NCBI GenBank assembly: GCA_964584255.1
Contig: CAZOZM010000001.1
Span: 147,282-211,281, forward strand
Direction: 5' to 3'
Origin: an uncultured Lachnoclostridium sp.
GTDB taxonomy: Bacteria; Bacillota; Clostridia; Lachnospirales; Lachnospiraceae
DNA: 64,000 bases
Shown one piece after another: positions 1-7,527 of the stretch. Within the stretch, counting starts at the first letter, position 1; each line of letters starts with the position of its first letter. A program made the translations under genes and the position numbers. The notes below the pieces were generated by a model. It did not search any database, had not been told where the DNA came from, and saw only the letters and a list, made by a program, of their open reading frames with translations.

Positions 1-1178
1 CGTTCAATCCGTTTCATAATGGTCATGCTGCGATGGTTAATGCTGTAAGAAAAGGATTATGTCCTGATGAAATTTGGCTTATGCCGGCAAAAAAACCTCC
101 GCATAAACCATCGTACGGTTTCGTATCTGATAATGACCGTATCTGTATGTTGGAAGAGTTTTCACAGGATTATAATGATGTGCATGTATGTACAAAAGAG
201 ATTTCAATGCCGGGATTTACATACACTTTTCAAACCATGAGTGAGTTATCTAAAGAGAACGGTAATACATCTTTCTATTTTATAATCGGTGGGGATTCAA
301 TAGAAAACTTTAAAAACTGGTATAAACCGGAGGTAATTGTTTCGTTCGCCGAGATTGTAATCTGTGCAAGAAATTCCAATGACAAATCAAGAATTACTGA
401 AATTACCGGAGAACTAAAAAATATGATAGGCGGAACCTATCACATACTTGATTTCGAACCGGTTGACATTTCTTCAACGGATATCAGGAAGCGCGTAAAA
501 GCAGGAAAAGATATAAGTGAAATGGTGCCGGTATCCGTATGTAACTATATAATAAAACACGGATTATATAGTGGTGAAGAAAAAGAGCTGTCATTTAATG
601 AACTTAATTCAGAGATTCGTATGCGTTTGCCTGAGAAGCGCTATCTTCACACGCTTGGAGTTGTTGAAACAGCTGAAAAACTTGCCGTAAAATACAATGT
701 TGATGTCTCAAAGGCCAAAACCGCAGCCTTACTTCATGACTGTGCAAAACCTTTAAGCGGAGCCGAAATGAAAAATCTTTGTGATCAGAACGGATTGGAA
801 TACTCCGAGCATGAGATTACGGATGAACAGACCACGCAATCGCTCCTGCATTCTAAAGCCGGAATGATAATCGCTCAGAACTGCTATTATATATCAGACC
901 CGGATATTTTATCAGCCATCTATCACCACACAGTGGGAAGGCCTAATATGTCTGAACTTGAAAAAATAATCTTTGTAGCAGATTACATTGAACCGGGACG
1001 TAAGCAAAGTACGAATCCTCCCCTTGACATCATAAGGGAGACGGCTTTTGATGATATAGACAGAGCAGTTTATCTTATATCAAAAAATACGATTGATTAT
1101 TTGAGCAAATCTCAAAGAGTAATCGACAAAAAAACTGAAGAAACAATGAGGTTTTATAAAAGCAATGAATTATGTTGA
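1..1178 (+). CDS. nadD: NadD (nicotinate-nucleotide adenylyltransferase) fused in one frame to a YqeK-type HD phosphohydrolase; 5' end lies outside the window
   Basis: Frame 3 is open to the window edge. The first residues FNPFHNGH are the nucleotidyltransferase HxGH motif, and ISSTDIR lies near the NadD C-terminus. The frame continues without a stop into an HD domain (RYLHTLGV...LLHDCAKP...YHHT). Confidence 0.85.
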   Translation, partial: FNPFHNGHAAMVNAVRKGLCPDEIWLMPAKKPPHKPSYGFVSDNDRICMLEEFSQDYNDVHVCTKEISMPGFTYTFQTMSELSKENGNTSFYFIIGGDSIENFKNWYKPEVIVSFAEIVICARNSNDKSRITEITGELKNMIGGTYHILDFEPVDISSTDIRKRVKAGKDISEMVPVSVCNYIIKHGLYSGEEKELSFNELNSEIRMRLPEKRYLHTLGVVETAEKLAVKYNVDVSKAKTAALLHDCAKPLSGAEMKNLCDQNGLEYSEHEITDEQTTQSLLHSKAGMIIAQNCYYISDPDILSAIYHHTVGRPNMSELEKIIFVADYIEPGRKQSTNPPLDIIRETAFDDIDRAVYLISKNTIDYLSKSQRVIDKKTEETMRFYKSNELC

Positions 1179-1533
1179 TAATTTTGATTCGAATGATTTT
1201 CTTGCAAGACTTGTTACAGAGTTGAAAGGCGAGCTTGACAACAAAAAAGCAATTCGTCCTGTTATAATAGATGTAAAGTCTCTTACGTCAATTGCTGATT
1301 ATATGCTTATTGCAGATGCAAAGAATGACAGTCAGCTTGATGCAATGAAAGATGCAGTTTACAAAAAATGTCTTTCATTTGATATTTTTCCAAGGTCAAT
1401 TGAAGGCTCCAATAAAAATGGCTGGATAGTAATGGATTACAATGAAATTACCATTCATCTGTTTTTATCTGAGCAGCGTAAATTCTATGACCTTGAAAGA
1501 ATATGGGGAGATGGCAGAATCTATACGGATTGA
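1165..1533 (+). CDS. rsfS: Ribosome silencing factor RsfS (iojap-like)
   Basis: 122 aa; IADYMLIADAKNDSQLDAM and WIVMDYNEITIHLF..R.FYDLERIWGD are typical of RsfS; canonical position after nadD/yqeK. Confidence 0.9.
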   Translation: MNYVDNFDSNDFLARLVTELKGELDNKKAIRPVIIDVKSLTSIADYMLIADAKNDSQLDAMKDAVYKKCLSFDIFPRSIEGSNKNGWIVMDYNEITIHLFLSEQRKFYDLERIWGDGRIYTD

Positions 1534-1590
1534 ACATAGTTTTTTCATACAATTCTGATAACATGTCTTAAGCGAATTTAAAACGGAGGT

Positions 1591-2553
1591 ATGGCTTTGA
1601 TAAAAGTTACTAATCTTGTTAAATATTATGGTAATCATAAAGCTGTTGATAACATCAGCTTTGAGCTCTCAGAAGGCAAAATTTATGGTCTGCTTGGACC
1701 CAATGGTGCCGGAAAATCAACAACAATGAATATAATGACCGGTTATATAGGTGCTACCAGCGGTACGGTACATATAAACGGACATGAAATACTTGACGAA
1801 CCTGAACTTGCAAAGGCCAATATTGGTTATCTTCCGGAAATTCCTCCCCTGTACCAGGATATGACACCTCATGAATATCTTTTATTCGTCGCTGAATTGA
1901 AAAAAGTACCTAAGGCGGAACGAAAGGGACATGTTGAAGAAATCGAAGAAAAGACAAAAATTTCTGATGTTTCGGATCGACTTATAAAACATTTGTCAAA
2001 GGGTTATCGTCAGAGGGTAGGTCTTGCAGGTGCTCTGGTTTCCTATCCGAATGTCATCATCCTTGATGAGCCAACAGTAGGTCTTGATCCAAAACAGATT
2101 AATGAGATGCGCGAACTTATTTCTTCGCTGAGAAAAAAGCATACAGTAATCCTGAGTTCTCATATTCTTCAGGAAGTAAGTGCCGTGTGTGATGAAATCC
2201 TTATAATATCAGGTGGAAAACTTGTTGCAAATGGTACTCCGGAAATGCTTGCTTCAAAAGAACACAGTGAATCTGAACTTTTATGTAAAATTGAAGCACC
2301 GGAAGAAGTATGCAGGGAAATTCTTTCAGGAATTGCAGGAATAAACATTGAAAGTATATCTGAGGAAAATGGTGTCAGTTCATGTATTCTTACAACAAAA
2401 TCTGATGCAGATGCTTTATCTAAAAAGGTTTTCTTTGCATTTGCAGGAAAAGAAATTGCAATTCTTGAGAGTAAAGTAAATAAAAAATCGTTGGAAGATC
2501 TTTTCCTGGAAATTACGAATAAAGGGAGAAAGGATGGAGGAAAAAGAAAGTGA
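1591..2553 (+). CDS. ABC transporter ATP-binding protein (ABC-2/GldA-like)
   Basis: Walker A GPNGAGKST, signature LSKGYRQR, Walker B VIILDEPTVGLD, H-loop SSHIL. Confidence 0.9.
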   Translation: MALIKVTNLVKYYGNHKAVDNISFELSEGKIYGLLGPNGAGKSTTMNIMTGYIGATSGTVHINGHEILDEPELAKANIGYLPEIPPLYQDMTPHEYLLFVAELKKVPKAERKGHVEEIEEKTKISDVSDRLIKHLSKGYRQRVGLAGALVSYPNVIILDEPTVGLDPKQINEMRELISSLRKKHTVILSSHILQEVSAVCDEILIISGGKLVANGTPEMLASKEHSESELLCKIEAPEEVCREILSGIAGINIESISEENGVSSCILTTKSDADALSKKVFFAFAGKEIAILESKVNKKSLEDLFLEITNKGRKDGGKRK

Positions 2554-3416
2554 GAGCCATTTATAAAAGAGAATTAAAAAGCTTTTTTACATCTATGACT
2601 GCATATATTTTTATTGCAGTTTATCTTGTTTTGTTTGGTATATATTTCAGATACTATAATCTGACAATGGGTGTCACTTCCATAGGTTATCCGACACTAT
2701 ATGGATGTTATTTCTGTTTCTTTCTTTTTGCTTTAATTACAATGAAGTCGCTCCCGGAAGAAAGAAAAGATAAGATTGACCAGTTGCTTTACACATCACC
2801 TGTATCCGTCTGTAAGATTGTTATAGGAAAATATCTTGCCATGTGTACGGTTTTTCTTGTTGTAGTTGCAATAATTGCAACCTGTCCGCTGGTAATTAAA
2901 TCACTTGGATATTCAATGTTAATGGTTGATTATACTTCATTAGCAGCATATTTTCTGTTGGGCTGTGTTTACATTGCAATCTGCATGTTTATTTCATCAC
3001 TTACAGAGAATCAGATTATATCTGCCATTATTTCATTGGTGGTTATTTTCTTTCTTGAATACTGTTCAGCATTTTCTTCGGCAATATCCGACAAAAACTA
3101 TGTTTCACTCATATTTTTTGTTATCATTTCCTTTATTGCCGGATTTGTATGCAGAGTCCTGACCAAAAGCAATGTTTTTGGTTTTTCAGTAGGGATTTTC
3201 TTTTCCCTTGTAACACTGATATTCTATATCGTTAAGCCAGGCGCTTTTACGGGACTTATTCAAAAGGTATTAAAACTTATACCTCCATCAAATTACCTTA
3301 TAAATTTCATATATTACTACATGTTTGATTTAAAGGCTGTGGTATATTTTCTTTCCTTAATATGTCTTTTTGTATTCCTTACAATTCAGACAATTCAGAA
3401 GAGAAGATACAGTTAA
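2550..3416 (+). CDS. ABC-2 type permease (GldF-like)
   Basis: GTG start overlaps the upstream stop; about 6 hydrophobic spans; sits directly after the ATPase. Confidence 0.75.
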   Translation: MRAIYKRELKSFFTSMTAYIFIAVYLVLFGIYFRYYNLTMGVTSIGYPTLYGCYFCFFLFALITMKSLPEERKDKIDQLLYTSPVSVCKIVIGKYLAMCTVFLVVVAIIATCPLVIKSLGYSMLMVDYTSLAAYFLLGCVYIAICMFISSLTENQIISAIISLVVIFFLEYCSAFSSAISDKNYVSLIFFVIISFIAGFVCRVLTKSNVFGFSVGIFFSLVTLIFYIVKPGAFTGLIQKVLKLIPPSNYLINFIYYYMFDLKAVVYFLSLICLFVFLTIQTIQKRRYS

Positions 3417-3428
3417 TAGGAGGTATTT

Positions 3429-4877
3429 ATGAAAAAAAGCAAAATAAACCGTTCTATAGAATTCAGAAATGGTACATACAGTTCTATTATTACAATAGTT
3501 GTTATTGCGCTTGTAATTGTAGTAAATCTTCTGGTAAATGCACTTCCGGCTTCAATAACCACTTTTGAAACTAATGGTGTTGACTATTATTCAATTTCTG
3601 ACAGCACAAAAGAATACTTAAAAAAGCTGGATACGGATGTAAACATCTTTTTAATGTCTGACTCATCCGGAACTTATGAAGAGTATGCAGACACAATATG
3701 CAGTGTTTTTAAAGACAATTCATCATATATTAACCTTGAAAAGATTGATGTTGTAGGAAATCCTACTTTCACGGCAAAATATAATGCTGCCCAGGCTTCA
3801 AGCTACAGTGTAGTTGTTGAAAATCCTGCAAATGGAAAGTATAAGCTTATTGACTATACCGAAATCTACTATGGTAATTCAAAATATGATGAAAGCGGAA
3901 ACTCATATACTACATATTACTATGATGGTGAGGGATGTATTCTTTCTGCCATAGATTATGTGGTAAATGAGGCTTCTGCCAAGATATATGAGGTGACCGG
4001 GCACGGGGAGCAGGCTCTTGCCGGAACATCCCTTGCAGATGCAATTGATAAATGTAATTTGGGGATTGCGTCTGAGGCTCTGAATCTTACCGAAAATCCT
4101 GAAATACCTTCTGATTGTGATGTACTTATGTTATATGCTCCGTCATCGGATTATACTGCGGCAGAGTCAAAACTGATAAAAAACTATATTTCCAATGGCG
4201 GCAACATTATTTCATTGTACAGCCGAAAAGCCGAGAACATGGAAAACTTTGAAAGTATTCTTTCTTATGTCGGTCTTGAAGTTACATATGGTGTTGTAAT
4301 TGAAAATGATGACAAGCACTATTACGCATCTTCTCAATACCCTCAATATACTCTGATACCTGATTTGAATCAGGAGAGCGGCATTACATCCGACATGGGC
4401 AACTCTTATATCATGACAATGCTTGCATCTACGGTAAAACAGATAGAAACGGATGCCTGTAAAACGGATTATACTGAACTTCTGACCACTTCAAATAACT
4501 ATCAGTTCTATGACCTTGAGGCAAAAAATACAGTTGCATATACTGAACCAGCATCCCTGGCAACATATGTTACGGCAAACTTTACCGAAACGGGTAAAAC
4601 AGGTAATGTAATGGTGGTATCCAATGCAGCATTTCTTGAGCAGGTTACTGAGGATACAACGGTATTGAACAATAATATCCGTTTTATCACAAATACAATC
4701 GGACAGATGACGGGCAAAGAAAATGGGATTTCGGTTGATGCAAAAACTTTAGATGAGAGATTTAATATTACAACGCAAAACCAGGTCAATCTGTTTACAC
4801 TCGTGTATTTATGTCTTATTCCTGCAGCTTTCATTATCATGGGATTCTGCGTCTGGTATCTAAGGAGAAGTAAATAA
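3429..4877 (+). CDS. GldG-family ABC transporter auxiliary protein
   Basis: GGAGG RBS; N- and C-terminal membrane anchors flank a large extracytoplasmic domain; the ATPase-permease-GldG gene order is typical. Confidence 0.7.
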   Translation: MKKSKINRSIEFRNGTYSSIITIVVIALVIVVNLLVNALPASITTFETNGVDYYSISDSTKEYLKKLDTDVNIFLMSDSSGTYEEYADTICSVFKDNSSYINLEKIDVVGNPTFTAKYNAAQASSYSVVVENPANGKYKLIDYTEIYYGNSKYDESGNSYTTYYYDGEGCILSAIDYVVNEASAKIYEVTGHGEQALAGTSLADAIDKCNLGIASEALNLTENPEIPSDCDVLMLYAPSSDYTAAESKLIKNYISNGGNIISLYSRKAENMENFESILSYVGLEVTYGVVIENDDKHYYASSQYPQYTLIPDLNQESGITSDMGNSYIMTMLASTVKQIETDACKTDYTELLTTSNNYQFYDLEAKNTVAYTEPASLATYVTANFTETGKTGNVMVVSNAAFLEQVTEDTTVLNNNIRFITNTIGQMTGKENGISVDAKTLDERFNITTQNQVNLFTLVYLCLIPAAFIIMGFCVWYLRRSK

Positions 4878-6517
4878 TGAAAAAAAAGCAAAGAAATCTT
4901 GCAATCATTGTTCTGGCTTTGGTGATTATTTTCGTTATATATCTTGTTGTCTTAAAGCTCAATGCAAAGCAGGAGTCCGATAATTCATCGGAAACGGATA
5001 TAAAAGCTTCTTCTTTTTGGAGCTATGATGAAAATCCGGTCGGAATAACACTGATAACAGAAAAAAACAGCTTTGAATTTGATTATAACAAAGAGAATTT
5101 AAAGTGGGAGTATGATCAGGATAACGGATTTGACGTAAATCAAACTGTTATAACCACTCTGAAAAACGCTATAACAGGTCTTTCCTATTATAGAAAGATT
5201 TCTGATTATAAGGATTTGGAGTCGTTTAATCTTGAAACACCTCCTTTAACAATTAAAATAAAGTTGGATAATGGAGAAACTGTTAATTTGCTTTTTTCTA
5301 ATACAAGTTTCTCCGATGGAACAACCTACTTTATGCTTGAAGATGGTGATGTGATATACACGACTGATTCGAAATTGAACAGTTATGCTGATTTTACACT
5401 GTACGATTTCTACCAGAAAACAGATATCCCAAGTATAACAGATTATGAACTTGTATCTGTTTCAATAAAGAATTCAAATGGTAATATTCTAATCTGTAAA
5501 GATGAAGAGCTTACTGAAGCAAAAAAAGAAGAATATACAGGAAGCGATTTTTCGGACAAGCTGGCTGTATATAAATATTTTTATCCTGAAATGGGTCAGA
5601 CAGAAACCACGGCATCCGAAGCAGAAGGAGAAGATTCAAGTGTATTATATAACTACATTACGGAATTCTGTTTCAATAATGCCGTGAACTATAAGCCTAC
5701 GGATGCAGAACTTGATTCATATGGTCTCTTAAATCCTGAGACTTCTGTTGAAATCAGGTTTAATGAAACTTCAGCCGAGAAAAACGGTTCTGCTATGGAA
5801 ACGAGCAGTGATTTCACATACACATTATTTATTGGAAAACCGGTTACGGATGAAAAGAGTGAATACTATGTTCGGATTTCATGTAACGAACAATTAAAGG
5901 ACACAAGCATTTATGATACACGTTGTGTATATAAAATGAACTCTTTATACTGTAAATACTTTATCGGTTTTTCCGAAAACAGAATAAATGGTGTATACAG
6001 ATATGAACAGAGTCTTTTAGAGGACAATACTGTTCCTGTTCTCAATAAATCGTCAATTAATTCTTTAAGCATTTCAAATTCCGATAAAACACTCAGTATC
6101 ACAAGAAAGGGTGAAGAGTGGATATTTAATACAGCTTCCGGCGAATTCGCAGTTAATGCAAAGGCTATGGAACAGTTAGTTCTGTATCTTACGGAATCAG
6201 GTTTAATGGATTACAGCGAAACGGTAGTTAAGGATGCTGATGAAGACTCATTGGCTAAATATAATCTGACTGCCCAAACCACGGATTTGACAATTAATTA
6301 TGAAGTACAGGATGAAGAAAAAAACACTGTACCGATTAGTTGGACACTAAAAATCAGTTCTGACAGGAAATATGTAACTGCTTCAAATACAACCGGTATT
6401 TATAAGATGTCAGACAGTCTGTTGTCATATATCTGTTCAATAGATGAAGACATTCTATCCGGTGCAAAAGTATATAATGAAGCTGAAAACTCAGACATAC
6501 CTGAATTAAATCAATAA
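4877..6517 (+). CDS. Membrane-anchored extracytoplasmic protein, DUF4340-like
   Basis: 1-nt overlap with the upstream stop; single N-terminal TM; Asn/Ser/Thr-rich ectodomain; DUF4340 proteins usually follow GldG homologues. Assigned by context and architecture only. Confidence 0.55.
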   Translation: MKKKQRNLAIIVLALVIIFVIYLVVLKLNAKQESDNSSETDIKASSFWSYDENPVGITLITEKNSFEFDYNKENLKWEYDQDNGFDVNQTVITTLKNAITGLSYYRKISDYKDLESFNLETPPLTIKIKLDNGETVNLLFSNTSFSDGTTYFMLEDGDVIYTTDSKLNSYADFTLYDFYQKTDIPSITDYELVSVSIKNSNGNILICKDEELTEAKKEEYTGSDFSDKLAVYKYFYPEMGQTETTASEAEGEDSSVLYNYITEFCFNNAVNYKPTDAELDSYGLLNPETSVEIRFNETSAEKNGSAMETSSDFTYTLFIGKPVTDEKSEYYVRISCNEQLKDTSIYDTRCVYKMNSLYCKYFIGFSENRINGVYRYEQSLLEDNTVPVLNKSSINSLSISNSDKTLSITRKGEEWIFNTASGEFAVNAKAMEQLVLYLTESGLMDYSETVVKDADEDSLAKYNLTAQTTDLTINYEVQDEEKNTVPISWTLKISSDRKYVTASNTTGIYKMSDSLLSYICSIDEDILSGAKVYNEAENSDIPELNQ

Positions 6518-6552
6518 GAGTATAGATTGCTTGTTTCAATAAACAACAATCG

Positions 6553-6596
6553 ATATCAAACAGCCTGATAATTTATTTTATCAGGCTGTTTGATAT
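6553..6596. terminator. Bidirectional hairpin terminator between convergent genes
   Basis: Perfect 19-bp arms, ATATCAAACAGCCTGATAA / TTATCAGGCTGTTTGATAT, with a 6-nt loop and T/A runs on both sides. Confidence 0.7.
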
Positions 6597-6597
6597 T

Positions 6598-7209
6598 TTA
6601 AAACATTCTGAAAACCCCAATTACTTTTCCGAGTATGTTAACACTGTCAAAGTACATTGGCTCCATAGAATCATTCTCAGGTTGAAGACGGATTTGGTTG
6701 CTTTCTTTATAGAATGTTTTTACTGTTACTGAATCATCTATAAGAGCAACAACATAATCACCATTATATGCAGTATTTTGCTGTTTCACTATGATATAGT
6801 CGCCGTTGAAAATACCGGCATTTATCATACTTGAACCTTTAACTTTTAAAATAAATGATTGTTCATTAGGCATCATTTCGACAGGAATCGGAAAATAATC
6901 TTCAATATTCTGAACGGCAAGTATCGGTTGTCCGGCGGTAATCGTGCCTATTACCGGAACATTAACAACTTCCCTTCTCGAAAGATTAAATTCATCATCC
7001 GTAATCTCAATTGTTCGTGATTTATTTCCTTCACGTCTTATAAATCCCTTTTCTTCAAGAGTTTGAAGATGAGCATGTACCGATGAGGTTGATTTCAGAT
7101 TGACTGCCTCACATATATCCCTTACTGTTGGCGGAATACCTCGGCTCAAAATCTGGTCCTTAATATAATCAAGTATCGCCTGCTGCTTATCTGTTAATCC
7201 GTTAGTCAT
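6598..7209 (-). CDS. lexA: LexA SOS repressor
   Basis: N-terminal wHTH (PPTVRDICEAVNLKSTSSVHAHLQTLEEKGFI), AG cleavage site (TITAGQP), and S24 peptidase Ser/Lys (KGSSM ... VTVKTF). Confidence 0.95.
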   Translation of the reverse strand: MTNGLTDKQQAILDYIKDQILSRGIPPTVRDICEAVNLKSTSSVHAHLQTLEEKGFIRREGNKSRTIEITDDEFNLSRREVVNVPVIGTITAGQPILAVQNIEDYFPIPVEMMPNEQSFILKVKGSSMINAGIFNGDYIIVKQQNTAYNGDYVVALIDDSVTVKTFYKESNQIRLQPENDSMEPMYFDSVNILGKVIGVFRMF

Positions 7210-7386
7210 TTTGTCCTCCTAAAAGACATAAATCATTTTTTGTTTGAAAGTATTATATCGTGATTTCATCACTCATTAATTTCGGCGCCATCTGAAAGAA
7301 AGTAAGATCTCTTTCATTTCGCCTTGTTTATTATGGCATGATGGATTTCACAAAATCATCACGAATCCATCAGTATGCTTTTGCTC

Positions 7387-7415
7387 ATTATAGCATACAA
7401 CTCATATTTATGCAA
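7387..7415 (-). promoter_or_regulatory. Putative sigmaA promoter of lexA
   Basis: Minus strand reads TTGCAT - 17 nt - TATAAT; the -35 overlaps the LexA box. Confidence 0.4.
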
Positions 7416-7425
7416 ACATTTGTTC
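7414..7425. promoter_or_regulatory. Putative LexA (Cheo/SOS) box
   Basis: Minus strand reads GAACAAATGTTT, i.e. GAAC-N4-GTTT. It is the only such element in the lexA upstream region. Confidence 0.5.
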
Positions 7426-7463
7426 ATATAAGGAAATATAAAGAATTATTAATGTTTCAAGGA

Positions 7464-7492
7464 TTGATTATATATCTGAAATCATGTAAAAT
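7464..7492 (+). promoter_or_regulatory. Putative promoter of the transglutaminase/MoxR operon
   Basis: TTGATT - 17 nt - TAAAAT, about 35 nt upstream of the RBS-supported start at 7528. Confidence 0.35.
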
Positions 7493-7527
7493 TAGAAAAG
7501 TGATTATTGCTTTTAGGAGATAACACA

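Noticed and set aside
7338-7523. 61-aa ORF in the lexA / transglutaminase intergenic region.
   Set aside because: It has no RBS, spans both predicted promoters and the LexA box, and has a hydrophobic, aromatic, nonsense-like composition.
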